The notes under the pieces were generated by a model, which was not told the DNA's origin, did not search any database, and was given only the letters and a program-made list of their open reading frames with translations. Both the position numbers and the translations under genes were made by a program. Source: Halorutilales archaeon Cl-col2-1 (GTDB lineage: Archaea > Halobacteriota > Halobacteria > Halobacteriales > Afararchaeaceae). From it: a DNA stretch of 64,000 nt. The stretch lies in contig CP169074.1 of assembly GCA_041891055.1 (NCBI GenBank), forward strand, positions 192,001-256,000. Direction: 5' to 3'. Of this stretch, positions 1 to 9,660 are shown piece after piece (position 1 is the stretch's first letter; each line of letters starts with the position of its first letter).

Positions 1-2
1 AC

Positions 3-704
3 TCCGATTACTCGATAAACGTCCTCGGCTACGAGGAGACGCGCGAGCCGTCGATAGACGAGGCGGTGTCTTCTCCTCAGGAGGTTCTGTCGGCTTCGGG
101 CAACATAACCACGGTCTCGGGGAGTATTACGGAAACCCGGGAGACAGGCAACCTCTCGATGGGACGTCTCGACGGGAGTAACGTCTGGGTAGCGATGAGG
201 TCGCAGGGAGTCATACGTGAAGGCGACGAGGCAATAGCTCAGGGAAGGATTCTGAGGGACATACTGCCACAAGTCGAGGCGGTCGTATTCACGAGTGCCG
301 ACAGCTATGGAACCATGGCGAATCCCCCTGAGGGAATCGCACAGCCACGTGTGAGGTCTAACGTCGTGAACCTCGAAGTCTATGAGAACGGTGAGTTCGT
401 GACAGCCGGAGACGTGAGTCAGAACAGCTATACGAGGACGAGGATGACCACGAATCAGGTTCTGATTGACAGGGGTCTCACGAAGGACATCTATGTCATA
501 GGCTCTATCGACGACGGCTCGGCGTCTATCACTGTCAAGACTATTCCCCTGACGAACCAGGTCTGGTTCGGCGTGGGTCTCCTCCTCTTAGGGATGTCGC
601 TCGTCGTAGTCTTCGACCCGAGACACGGCTTGATTCCAGCGTTTAGAAGGAGGAAAGACAAGACCCCGAGCGGGGACAAGAAGGCACGTGCTACCGACGA
701 CTGA
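3..704 (+). CDS. ccmF: C-terminal part of cytochrome c biogenesis heme lyase CcmF (5' end outside window)
   Basis: Frame is open from position 3. C-terminal 'DIYV..S...ITVKTIPLTNQVWFGVGLLLLG' resembles the CcmF C-terminus. Adjacent to ccmABC. Confidence 0.7.
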   Translation, partial: SDYSINVLGYEETREPSIDEAVSSPQEVLSASGNITTVSGSITETRETGNLSMGRLDGSNVWVAMRSQGVIREGDEAIAQGRILRDILPQVEAVVFTSADSYGTMANPPEGIAQPRVRSNVVNLEVYENGEFVTAGDVSQNSYTRTRMTTNQVLIDRGLTKDIYVIGSIDDGSASITVKTIPLTNQVWFGVGLLLLGMSLVVVFDPRHGLIPAFRRRKDKTPSGDKKARATDD

Positions 705-754
705 CAGCTACGGCTGGACTAGACTGATAGAATAGAGTCGAATCGGGCTTTTCC

Positions 755-1435
755 TCACTCCTCTAAGACGTAGCCGAAGGTCATCAAGCCCGCTAGGAAG
801 ACTATTCCGTCGTAGGCGGCGAGAGTTCTTAGCCATCCGGCGTAGCTTCCACCTTCTGTGACTACCCTTGTGAGCTCTATTCCCGAGAGGAGTACGGGTA
901 TCATCAGAGGTATCAGAAGTATCGGTAGAACTGTCTCACTCAGGTTCGACTTCGAGCTGAGTATCGACATCAGGACACCCACCGACGAGAAGCCGAGAGA
1001 TGCGACGACTACGACCCCGATGACGAGAGGTGACTCGGCGATCCCTATGGGGTAGTCGAGAAATATAGTCACGAGTACGAGAGACAGGCTTCCTACGAGG
1101 CTCACGAAGAGCGATGTACTCAGAACCTTACCGACGTAGATTGCCGACCTGTCTACCGGGACGAGCATCAGACCCTCTATCGCCGAGTCGGACTCCTCGA
1201 CTGACGCCGAACGCGTCATTCCGACGGTTCCCGAGAAGACGAATGCGATCCAGAGCGCGCCTCTTCCGACGCCTCCGAGGTTCTCGAAACGTCTCACGAA
1301 CGCAAACGAGAAGACGACGACTATCAGCGACGCGAAGACGACAGACGAGTTTATAGTACTCTTGGTTCGTGACTCCAAGAGAACGTCCTTGCGTGCGACC
1401 TCGTAGACCACCCTCAAGAACTCTTTCGCGGTCAC
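755..1435 (-). CDS. ccmB: Heme exporter permease CcmB
   Basis: Six hydrophobic segments, 'KDVLLESR', 'IYVGK', 'LPILLIPLMIPVLL'. Overlaps ccmA by 4 nt. Confidence 0.9.
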   Translation of the reverse strand: MTAKEFLRVVYEVARKDVLLESRTKSTINSSVVFASLIVVVFSFAFVRRFENLGGVGRGALWIAFVFSGTVGMTRSASVEESDSAIEGLMLVPVDRSAIYVGKVLSTSLFVSLVGSLSLVLVTIFLDYPIGIAESPLVIGVVVVASLGFSSVGVLMSILSSKSNLSETVLPILLIPLMIPVLLSGIELTRVVTEGGSYAGWLRTLAAYDGIVFLAGLMTFGYVLEE

Positions 1436-2145
1436 TCCAGACCCCCCTTCTGTATTCCGACTGACGAATGGTAGATCGACTCGAGCTCGTCTAAGCTGTC
1501 GAACTCCGACCTGTCGACGTCACGTTTCACCCTGCCCTGATCCAGAAACACGAGCCTGTCACAGTGGTTGTAGCCCTCTTCCAGGCTATGTGTGGTCATA
1601 ACCACTGTTCTGTCGGTGAAGTCGTCGAGTATTCCCCTCAGGGTCTCCGAAGATTTCTGGTCGAGTCCGGCGTAGGGCTCGTCTAATAGGAGTATCTCGG
1701 GGTCGTGGAGAAGAGCACGCGCGAGCGAGAGACGTTTTCTCATACCGTGGGAGAAGCCCGAGACTACGTCGCCCCCTCTCGACGACAGACCCACGTCCTC
1801 GAGCCTCCGTCGAACCTCGTCAGAGTCGACACCGTGGAGACGTGCGTGGAGACGCAGGTTCTCGCGTGCCGTGAATCCGTCGTAGAGCATTGAGTCGTGG
1901 GAGACGACACCGAGCCTGCTACGTATCTCGGGCTTGTCACCCCTGACCTCTTCGCCGTCTATGTAGACGCTCCCGTCTGTCGGCACCGAGAGCGTAGCTA
2001 CCATACGTAGAAGGCTCGTCTTTCCCGCACCGTTGGGACCGAAAAGCCCCACCGACTCGCCTTCCTCGATCCCGAGATCGACCTTGTGGACAGCCTCGAA
2101 CCTCCCGTACCTCTTCGTCACCTTGTCGATCTCTATCAGAGACAT
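1432..2145 (-). CDS. ccmA: Heme exporter ABC ATPase CcmA
   Basis: Walker A GPNGAGKT, signature FSHGMRKR, Walker B LLLDEP, ccm context. Confidence 0.88.
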   Translation of the reverse strand: MSLIEIDKVTKRYGRFEAVHKVDLGIEEGESVGLFGPNGAGKTSLLRMVATLSVPTDGSVYIDGEEVRGDKPEIRSRLGVVSHDSMLYDGFTARENLRLHARLHGVDSDEVRRRLEDVGLSSRGGDVVSGFSHGMRKRLSLARALLHDPEILLLDEPYAGLDQKSSETLRGILDDFTDRTVVMTTHSLEEGYNHCDRLVFLDQGRVKRDVDRSEFDSLDELESIYHSSVGIQKGGLE

Positions 2146-2228
2146 CTATGTAGTGGTACTTCCGGAGATCCACACATAAGTGTGTCTCTGTCGGATAGTA
2201 TAAGTGATTAAGCCGCGTAGAGCCTCCG

Positions 2229-2909
2229 ATGGCTGCAACTCTACCCGGACTTACCGCGGTATTCGTTGCGGGTCTACTCACGGTTCTGACACCGTGCTGT
2301 ATTCCGATGATACCTCCACTCCTTTCGGGAAGCGTGGGACACCGTCTCCGTCCTGTTTCGATAGTCTCGGGGAGCGTGATCACGTTCACGGCACTCGGCG
2401 TAGCGAGCGGAACTCTGGGCTCTCTGAGTCCCGAGGCTCTACGTCTCCCGTCGATGGTTCTCATAATCGCGTTCGGTGCTGTGATGGCTGACGACGACTT
2501 CTATGCGGTCTACTCGAAGTACTCGTCACGTGTCTCGTCTTCGGCGTCACGTGCGGTCGACTCTTTCGACTCCGACGAGCATCCGCTCGCGTCGGCGTTT
2601 TTCCTCGGTCTCTTACTGGGAGCTATCTGGCTCCCGTGTGTCGGACCCGTCTTAGGAGCCGTACTCGCCTACGTCGGCACGACAGGCGACGTCGTAACTA
2701 GCGGATCGCTCCTCTTCGTCTACGGGGTCGGCTTCTCAGTACCGCTTCTGGGGATAGCCTACGGAGGCAAGACCGGAGGAAAGGCTCTCATGGAGAAACT
2801 CAGTCTCGAAAGGACTGAGAAGATACGTCAGGCGGCGGGCTACCTACTCATCGCCACGGGTGTCGGAATACTCTTCGAGGTCGACAGGCTACTGATGTCA
2901 GTCATGTGA
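2229..2909 (+). CDS. ccdA: Cytochrome c biogenesis protein CcdA (DsbD transmembrane domain)
   Basis: TPCCIPMIP and WLPCVGP cysteine motifs in a 6-TM protein. Confidence 0.88.
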   Translation: MAATLPGLTAVFVAGLLTVLTPCCIPMIPPLLSGSVGHRLRPVSIVSGSVITFTALGVASGTLGSLSPEALRLPSMVLIIAFGAVMADDDFYAVYSKYSSRVSSSASRAVDSFDSDEHPLASAFFLGLLLGAIWLPCVGPVLGAVLAYVGTTGDVVTSGSLLFVYGVGFSVPLLGIAYGGKTGGKALMEKLSLERTEKIRQAAGYLLIATGVGILFEVDRLLMSVM

Positions 2910-2964
2910 CGTCTCTTCGGAGTCCTTAAGTAGTTATGTTAGATACGACAGTTAGAGACAGAGA

Positions 2965-3711
2965 ATGGTATCGTCGTCATACATACTCAGCAGACTCGTG
3001 AGACTCACGAGGCTCGTGATGTGGAGCAGAGCCGTCAAGTGGGGTGCTCTGGTCGCAGGCGTGGCGTCGCTGGGTCTCGTTTTCGGCTACGCCTCGAAGA
3101 CGATGTACGGCATCGAACACGGGGTCAACCTGATCGCCTACTGGCACATAGCGATGGCATGGACAGCCGCGGTCGCTCTCTCGGTGACATTCGTGGGTAG
3201 CGTTCTCTACCTGCGTTACGGCGGGCGTTTCTGGAACAACCTAGCCCACTCGGCGGGAGAGATAGGCTTCATGTTCGCTACTCTGACACTTATCACGGGA
3301 AGTATCTGGGGACGTATAATCTGGAACTCGTGGTGGGAGTGGAGTGACGTACGTCTAGTGACCTTCCTCATAGTCTGGTTCATATACGCGGGATACCTCA
3401 TAGTCTACTCCGCGAGCGAGAAGAGGAGGGGAGGCGACGGGAAGTACGCCGCGGTCTACGGTATAGTCGGCTTCGTGACCGTCCCGATATCGTACATATC
3501 CACTTCGCTGTGGACTCCGACATTTCACGAGAAGACACTCCAGAACCCCGACGTGAGTGCCAACATAGACCCGACGACACTCATGGTCTCTCTCGTCGCG
3601 GTGAGCCTCCTGTATGCCTACCTCATGACGGTACGTATAGACATACATGAGCTTGAGGACAGGGTCATACTCGAAAGAGAAACGAAGAAGGTAAGATCAG
3701 ACACGAGGTAG
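2965..3711 (+). CDS. ccmC: Heme exporter/chaperone CcmC
   Basis: WWD domain 'GSIWGRIIWNSWWEWSDVRL' with flanking His residues (YWH, TFH). Confidence 0.9.
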   Translation: MVSSSYILSRLVRLTRLVMWSRAVKWGALVAGVASLGLVFGYASKTMYGIEHGVNLIAYWHIAMAWTAAVALSVTFVGSVLYLRYGGRFWNNLAHSAGEIGFMFATLTLITGSIWGRIIWNSWWEWSDVRLVTFLIVWFIYAGYLIVYSASEKRRGGDGKYAAVYGIVGFVTVPISYISTSLWTPTFHEKTLQNPDVSANIDPTTLMVSLVAVSLLYAYLMTVRIDIHELEDRVILERETKKVRSDTR

Positions 3712-3718
3712 ATAAAGT

Positions 3719-3844
3719 ATGGAGCCACTTCTACTAGTCGGATACAGCCTAATCTTCATAGGCATATTCATTTACACCCTCTTCATGAGGAGACGCATAA
3801 AACGTCTGGAGCAGAGAGTCGCCGACCTACGTGACGACTCTTAG
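3719..3844 (+). CDS. ccmD: CcmD-like small membrane protein (41 aa, not in ORF track)
   Basis: MEPLLLVGYSLIFIGIFIYTLFMRRRIKRLEQRVADLRDDS: one TM helix plus a basic/coiled tail, 7 nt after ccmC. Confidence 0.75.
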   Translation: MEPLLLVGYSLIFIGIFIYTLFMRRRIKRLEQRVADLRDDS

Positions 3845-3847
3845 GTG

Positions 3848-4141
3848 TTAGCTGTCGGGGACTAAGCTGTACATCACAAAGAGGAATCCGACCGTTGTAA
3901 TCAGATTATTGACGGTTAGGAGCGACTGTGTGCGTGAGAAGTCGACGAGAAAAGCACTCACAGCCGTTCCGATCGAGGCAGCCACGATGAGTACGAAGCC
4001 GACTGACAGGTATACCATATCCGTCCTCTGTGTTCTCATATGAGCACGTACCGAGACGGCTACGAGGGACATACCCGCGGCTGCGACGGTGAAGCTGAAG
4101 ACCGCGTATAGCATCTCCAGTGTCTGCATCTTTAAGCTCAT
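3848..4141 (-). CDS. Small 3-TM haloarchaeal membrane protein (type usually paired with an HTH regulator)
   Basis: Three hydrophobic helices, downstream of the HTH gene. Confidence 0.75.
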   Translation of the reverse strand: MSLKMQTLEMLYAVFSFTVAAAGMSLVAVSVRAHMRTQRTDMVYLSVGFVLIVAASIGTAVSAFLVDFSRTQSLLTVNNLITTVGFLFVMYSLVPDS

Positions 4142-4229
4142 ATTATACGTGTCTTCTACGCAAGAAAACCCTGTCGATAGTTAAAAGTCTGACCTCCCGG
4201 TTATCAGATGAGATAACTCGGGAGTGGTG

Positions 4230-4577
4230 TCACTGACGTTTGAGGTCGTCCCAGATGTCGACTAGCTTCTCCTCTGAGTCGGTTATCTCGTCCATCTCGA
4301 TCCTCGGGGTTCCGTTCCCCTCAAAGAGTATACGTATCTCGTTGACCTGTGTCCTGTAGACCTTAGTACGCCTTCCCTCGTCGGAGAGTACCTTGTCTTC
4401 GAGTTCGAGAAGACCTGTGTCCTGTAGCTCCTCTATCCTGCGGTAACACGTGGCTATGGGTATGTCGAGTTCGTCGCTGAGCTCCTGGGCGGACTTGGGT
4501 CTGCGTGCGGAGTCGAGAATCTCGGGGTTGTACTTGTTCCCGAGAGTCTCCAGAACCTCAGACTCAGACGAGTCCAT
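4230..4577 (-). CDS. Winged-helix (ArsR-like) transcriptional regulator
   Basis: 'PKSAQELSDELDIPIATCYRRIEELQDTGLL' HTH. Confidence 0.85.
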   Translation of the reverse strand: MDSSESEVLETLGNKYNPEILDSARRPKSAQELSDELDIPIATCYRRIEELQDTGLLELEDKVLSDEGRRTKVYRTQVNEIRILFEGNGTPRIEMDEITDSEEKLVDIWDDLKRQ

Positions 4578-4614
4578 TGGGTTTAGATACGTCCATATAT
4601 TTAAAACCGTGTTG

Positions 4615-4932
4615 CTATTTGTCCTCTCCGTCTCCGTAGGGGTACCTCGTCGTCTCGGAGCAGTTCTGACACGTCACAGCCACACGTCCGTCGTCGACAC
4701 GCACACGTGAGTTGTCGCCGTAGACGAGGAAGCTTCCGCAGCCGGAACACACACGTCTCTTGAGTCTCCGTGGAAGTGAGACACGCGCCTTCATACCTAT
4801 CTCACGCGCCCTCTTGGCGTACTTATCGGCGTACTCGCTCGCCTCGTCGCAGTCGGAGTGGTAGATTTCGTCGGCGAGTCGAAAGAGCCGACGTATTCTT
4901 TCCTCTGCGATTTCCTCTTCCGTCTTTGTCAC
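4615..4932 (-). CDS. rnp4: Ribonuclease P protein component 4 (Rpp21)
   Basis: 'IAEERIRRLF', 'KRRVCSGCGSFLVYG', 'VTCQNC..RYPY'. GTG start at 4932 inferred. Confidence 0.9.
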   Translation of the reverse strand: MTKTEEEIAEERIRRLFRLADEIYHSDCDEASEYADKYAKRAREIGMKARVSLPRRLKRRVCSGCGSFLVYGDNSRVRVDDGRVAVTCQNCSETTRYPYGDGEDK

Positions 4933-4987
4933 GTAGGAATCTAATGTCGCGGGAGTTATATCTGTAGCGGGACAGTTCGAATGTAGT

Positions 4988-5524
4988 ATGCTCTTCGTAA
5001 CCGGCAACGAGGGGAAGGCGAGAGAGGCACAGGAGATACTCGGCGACGAAGTAGAAGTCGACAGGCTAGAGTACGACTACGCCGAGATACAGTCGGACTC
5101 CCTAGAGGAGATCGCTGTGAGAGGGGTCAAGGAGTGTTACGACGAGTTCGGTGAGGAGGTCTTCGTCGACGACTCGGGTCTCTTCGTAGAAGGTCTCGGA
5201 GGCTTCCCCGGACCTTACTCGTCGTACGTCTACTCGACACTCGGGAACGACGGAGTCCTGAAGGCGGTGGAGTCAGCAGAAGACAGGTCGGCGAGTTTTA
5301 GATGTGTGGTCGCCTACACCGACGGAGACGAAGTACGTACCTTCGAAGGACGTGTCGAGGGACGTATAACCCACGAGAAACGCGGAGACGGCGGCTTCGG
5401 ATTCGACCCGATATTCGAACACGACGCCAAGACCTTTGCCGAGATGTCGTCCGAGGAGAAGAACGAGGTCTCCCACCGCAGGAGGGCGTTCGAGAGGCTC
5501 GCTGACTGGTACCGCCAAGCTTAA
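4988..5524 (+). CDS. rdgB: XTP/dITP diphosphatase (HAM1/RdgB)
   Basis: TGNEGK, DDSGL, GFPGPYS, GFGFDPIF, SHR motifs. Confidence 0.93.
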   Translation: MLFVTGNEGKAREAQEILGDEVEVDRLEYDYAEIQSDSLEEIAVRGVKECYDEFGEEVFVDDSGLFVEGLGGFPGPYSSYVYSTLGNDGVLKAVESAEDRSASFRCVVAYTDGDEVRTFEGRVEGRITHEKRGDGGFGFDPIFEHDAKTFAEMSSEEKNEVSHRRRAFERLADWYRQA

Positions 5525-5549
5525 AGCCCGAGAACGGCTCTCTTGAAAC

Positions 5550-6020
5550 ATGGCTAGAATGCACACGAGGAAGAGAGGACAGAGCTCTTCCGACAAACCC
5601 GTAGTCGACGAGGCTCCCGACTGGAGTGCTCAGGACGCCGACGCAGTCGAGGAACGCGTTGTCGAACTCGCCGAACAGGGTCTTTCGAGCGCCGAGATAG
5701 GAGTCCGTCTCAGGGACGAGGGCGTCAAGGGCAAGCCAGTCCCCGACGTCAAGCTCGTAACGGGGAAGAAGATCTCCGAGATAATGGAGGAAAACGACGC
5801 CGACCCCGAGTACCCCGAGGATCTCACCAACCTGATGGCTAAGGCTGTCGGAGTTCGTGACCAGCTCGACGGCAACCCCAACGACGCCTCGAACAAGAGG
5901 GCACTCCAGAACGTCGAGAGCAAGATACACAGGCTCATCGACTACTACCAGGGCGACGAGATCCCCGAGGACTTCAAGTACAGTCCCGATAAGGCTCGTG
6001 AGATAGTCGGAGAAGAGTAG
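5550..6020 (+). CDS. rps15: 30S ribosomal protein uS15 (S13e)
   Basis: MARMHTRKRGQSSS..., 'ESKIHRLIDYY'. Confidence 0.97.
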   Translation: MARMHTRKRGQSSSDKPVVDEAPDWSAQDADAVEERVVELAEQGLSSAEIGVRLRDEGVKGKPVPDVKLVTGKKISEIMEENDADPEYPEDLTNLMAKAVGVRDQLDGNPNDASNKRALQNVESKIHRLIDYYQGDEIPEDFKYSPDKAREIVGEE

Positions 6021-6049
6021 CTCCGGTTCTCTTCTGTTATAGGATAGCC

Positions 6050-7309
6050 GTGTCTCCTTCGCTTCTCCGAGAGAACGCACGTAAGGCAGCCGGTCTGCTT
6101 CGGTGCGAGGAGTTCGTCGAGGTCGTCTCCCACAACGACGCCGACGGTCTCTCGACGGCGGGTATCGTCTGTGATCTACTCTCGCGCTGGGAGACGAGGT
6201 ACCACTTCAGATGTGTCGACGACCCTGGTAGGGTCGGTTCCCACGTCTCGAAGGACGTCACGACGGTAGCGTGTGACCTCGGAGCGAGCTATCTCGACCG
6301 TCTCCCCCCCAACACCGTCGTGGTCGACCACCATCCCTCGGAGGGACGCGGTGGGTTCGGAGGAATCTTAGTCACACCGAGAGACGAGGGAGACGCCGAC
6401 GACGAGGCGAGTTCGAGCTGTGGCGCACATATAGTTGCGAAGGAATCAGGGTCGGGAGCTAAGACAGCCGACACGGCTCTCCTCGGAGTCATAGGTGACG
6501 ACGTCTTGGACTCGGGGTCGGATCTAGTCGAGGAAGTCATAGACGACGGCGTCGAGTCGGGTGTCATAGACGAGACAGTCGGAGCGCGCCTCGTGGGCGA
6601 GAGGGTCGACGAGGCACTAGCTTACTCGACAGATCCCTACACCGAGTACACGGGAGACGTCGAGGCGGCACGTGGCTACGTCGAAGAGCTGGGTCTTCCT
6701 ATATCTGTCACGGATATGGACGACGACGAGACCACGCGTTTCTCGACTGCGGTCTTCCTCTTAGCTCTCAGAGAGGCGTCGAACCCCGAGACAGCAGCCG
6801 AGACAGTCGGTGAGAGATACCTACTCTCCGATGCCGACGGTTACGATGCCCACACCTTTGCGGCGTACGTCGAGGCGTGTGGCAAGACGGGGAACCCCGG
6901 CTTGGGTCTCTCTCTGTGTCTCGGAGACGCGACGGGTGACGTGAAGAAGGCACGTAAGCTCTACCGCTCATTCGAGTCGAGTCTCATAGACGAGGTCGAA
7001 AACGCCGATGTCGAGGAAGAAGACGGCTCGGGACTGTGCACCGTCAGAATTTCGGGCGGATTCGACACGGGATCGGTCGCCGACGTCTTCCACAGATGGA
7101 TCTCCGACTCCGAAGTAGTTCTCGTCGTCAACCCCGACGGGGAGATGAGCCTTAGGTCGGGGTCGGAGGTCGACGCAGGCAGGACACTCAGGGACTGCGC
7201 GTCAAGAGTCGGCGGCGAGGGCGGAGGACATCCCGAGAGAGGAGGGAGCGTAGTGCCGAGCGAGACGAAAGACGAGTTCATAGACTGTGTAAAGGAGGCG
7301 GTAGAGTGA
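6050..7309 (+). CDS. DHH-family phosphoesterase (RecJ-like)
   Basis: HNDADG, CDLG, DHH, C-terminal GGGH; conserved rps15-DHH-pcc1-rps3ae context. Confidence 0.88.
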   Translation: MSPSLLRENARKAAGLLRCEEFVEVVSHNDADGLSTAGIVCDLLSRWETRYHFRCVDDPGRVGSHVSKDVTTVACDLGASYLDRLPPNTVVVDHHPSEGRGGFGGILVTPRDEGDADDEASSSCGAHIVAKESGSGAKTADTALLGVIGDDVLDSGSDLVEEVIDDGVESGVIDETVGARLVGERVDEALAYSTDPYTEYTGDVEAARGYVEELGLPISVTDMDDDETTRFSTAVFLLALREASNPETAAETVGERYLLSDADGYDAHTFAAYVEACGKTGNPGLGLSLCLGDATGDVKKARKLYRSFESSLIDEVENADVEEEDGSGLCTVRISGGFDTGSVADVFHRWISDSEVVLVVNPDGEMSLRSGSEVDAGRTLRDCASRVGGEGGGHPERGGSVVPSETKDEFIDCVKEAVE

Positions 7310-7572
7310 AATCTAAGGTAGAGTTCGAGACTCACCATGACAGTCCCGAGAAGGTCGCTCTTTCGGTGTCCCCCGACAACACAGATGAGATGGAGACCGA
7401 GGTCAACGGCTCGAAGATCGTCACACGTATAGAACGCGACAGCTTAGGCTCTCTTCTCTCGACCGCCGACGACTACATCACGAACCTCGAAGTCGCAGCG
7501 GAGATAGTCGACCGAGACGAAGACACAGACGCAAGCCGTGACTGTGACGATGACGACAGCGACAACAACTGA
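7306..7572 (+). CDS. pcc1: KEOPS complex subunit Pcc1
   Basis: 'SVSPDN..EMETEV....RIERDSLGSLLSTADDYITNL', plus gene context. Confidence 0.85.
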   Translation: MKSKVEFETHHDSPEKVALSVSPDNTDEMETEVNGSKIVTRIERDSLGSLLSTADDYITNLEVAAEIVDRDEDTDASRDCDDDDSDNN

Positions 7573-7631
7573 TTCTCCCGCCGGATATAATTCGAGGATT
7601 TATATGTGTGCGTCCCGAGTTTCGAGTAAAG

Positions 7632-8240
7632 ATGTCAAGCAGACAGGTCTCTAAGTCAGGAAGGGGCAAGAAATGGTACGACGTACTTGCCTCCGAGGAG
7701 TTCGACAGGGAGAAGCTCGGCGAGACTCCCGCCGACGAGCCCGAGAAGATAATGGGACGTAAGGTCGAGACGACCAAGGGAGAGCTCACCGACGACATGT
7801 CGGAGAACAACACGAAGCTCAAGTTCCAGATCACCGACATAGGCGGCGACTCGGCTTACACGAGCTTCATAGGACACGAGCTCACGCGTGACTACGTGAG
7901 ATCGCTCGTCCGCCGCGGCTCCTCGAAGATACAGGACAACATAGTCATACGTACAGAGGACGACTACCGCGTACGTGTCCAGCCCGTCGCGTTCACTGCG
8001 ATGGACGCCGACGAGTCACAGGAGAAGGCTATACGTAGCGACATGAGAGAAATAGTAGTCGAGAGCGGTGAGAACCACACCTTCGACGAGTTCATAGACG
8101 CGATAGTATCGGGACGTCTGAGCTCCGCAGTCTACAACGAGTGTAAGAAGATATATCCCCTGAGACGTGCCGAGATAATGAAGAGCAGCGTCGAAGCAAC
8201 ACCCGAGGAAGTCTACGCCGAAGAAGAGCAGTCGGCTTAA
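7632..8240 (+). CDS. rps3ae: 30S ribosomal protein eS1 (S3Ae)
   Basis: 'KKWYDVLA', 'TRDYVRSLVRRGSSK', 'KIYPLRRAEIMK'. ATG at 7632. Confidence 0.96.
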   Translation: MSSRQVSKSGRGKKWYDVLASEEFDREKLGETPADEPEKIMGRKVETTKGELTDDMSENNTKLKFQITDIGGDSAYTSFIGHELTRDYVRSLVRRGSSKIQDNIVIRTEDDYRVRVQPVAFTAMDADESQEKAIRSDMREIVVESGENHTFDEFIDAIVSGRLSSAVYNECKKIYPLRRAEIMKSSVEATPEEVYAEEEQSA

Positions 8241-8265
8241 TCGGTCTTTCCCTTACTCCACTCTG

Positions 8266-8856
8266 ATGACGACTTCTGACGACGGGAGAAAGATAGGCGA
8301 CGTGCGCCATTTCGACTTCTTCTCACGTGTTTACGACGTCTTAGTTCCATCTGCGGACACGGATACGTTGGAGAGAGGAATCGACGAGGCAGAGAGGGGA
8401 GTCGAGAGGGTACTCGACCTCGCGGGAGGAACCGGACGTGTCGGAAGGGCTATCGTCGGCGTCGGACGAGAGGTGGTCGTCGTCGACGCTTCGAGCGGCA
8501 TGGTGAGACAGTCGAGTCTCCCCTCGGTCGAGGGCGACGCGTCACTTCTCCCTTTCAAGGACGAGAGCTTCGACGCAGTCGTATGTGGCGACGCGTTACA
8601 CCATATCACCGACGTCAAGGCTGTCTTCGACGAGGTCGGTAGGGTACTACGTAAGGGAGGCGTCTTTGTCGTCTCGGAGTTCGACCCCTCGACCCTCAGG
8701 GGACGTCTCCTCAGCCTCTCAGAAAGTCTCGTCGGCTTTGACTCCGTCTTCTACACCCCTGACGAGTTAGAGACGATGACCGAAGACGCCGGCATGTCGA
8801 CGAGACGGATCGAGGACGGGTTCAAGTACACCTTGTCCGGGGTAACCAAACCGTAA
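8266..8856 (+). CDS. Class I SAM-dependent methyltransferase (UbiE-like)
   Basis: VLDLAGGTG, GDASLLPF, DALHH, RVLRKGG. Confidence 0.88.
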   Translation: MTTSDDGRKIGDVRHFDFFSRVYDVLVPSADTDTLERGIDEAERGVERVLDLAGGTGRVGRAIVGVGREVVVVDASSGMVRQSSLPSVEGDASLLPFKDESFDAVVCGDALHHITDVKAVFDEVGRVLRKGGVFVVSEFDPSTLRGRLLSLSESLVGFDSVFYTPDELETMTEDAGMSTRRIEDGFKYTLSGVTKP

Positions 8857-8889
8857 GAGATAATAAGATACCCTATAACACGTCGTGCT

Positions 8890-9660
8890 ATGCAGATAGA
8901 TGAGGACATCGTCGGGGATCTTCAGGAGTTCGATCTGACTAAGTACGGCGCGAGAGTCTACTACGTCCTTCTCTCCGAGGGAATATCGACCGCTGGAAGC
9001 CTGTCAAAGCTCTCTGACGTCCCCCAGTCGCGTATATATGACGTCCTGTCGACTCTCGAAAGAAAAGGTCTGATACAGGTCAAGCCTTCAAGCCCGAAGA
9101 AGTACGAGCCTCTCCCAGTGAAGACGGGTCTCGACAACCGTATACGTCAGATAGAGGCGGAGTACGAGGCGAGGATACAGGAGCTCAGGGAGATGGTCGA
9201 AGAGATAGCCGACGAGTTCCCCGAGAAGGAGACACAGCCGTCGGTTTCGGGATCTGGAGTACGTATAGTCGAAGGAGAAGACGCGATAGAGGACAGGATA
9301 CTTGAGATGCTCAAGTCGGCGAACGACGAGGTCAAGCTCGCTGGCGAGAGACCCCTATTCACTCTCAACTGTAAGGGGATGCTCCAGGAAGTCCTATCCG
9401 ACTCAGTCGAACTCATGGCACTCGGAACCTTCGAGGAAGTCTGTAAGTCGGAGATAAGTGCTGTCGGGGGCAAGATACGTCACACCGACTTCTACTACCA
9501 CTATCTCCTCATAATCGACGACAAGAAGATGCTCATAATCTCGTTCGACGATGACGGTCTTCCGTTCGGTCTATACACCGAGAACCCAGACCTAATACAG
9601 ACCCATATACACCACTACCTCGCGCTTTGGGACGAGGCAGAGGCAGAGTCGAGCGAGTAA
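8890..9660 (+). CDS. TrmB-family transcriptional regulator
   Basis: 'LTKYGARVY...SDVPQSRIYDVLSTLERKGL' plus a C-terminal PLD-like sensor domain. Confidence 0.9.
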   Translation: MQIDEDIVGDLQEFDLTKYGARVYYVLLSEGISTAGSLSKLSDVPQSRIYDVLSTLERKGLIQVKPSSPKKYEPLPVKTGLDNRIRQIEAEYEARIQELREMVEEIADEFPEKETQPSVSGSGVRIVEGEDAIEDRILEMLKSANDEVKLAGERPLFTLNCKGMLQEVLSDSVELMALGTFEEVCKSEISAVGGKIRHTDFYYHYLLIIDDKKMLIISFDDDGLPFGLYTENPDLIQTHIHHYLALWDEAEAESSE

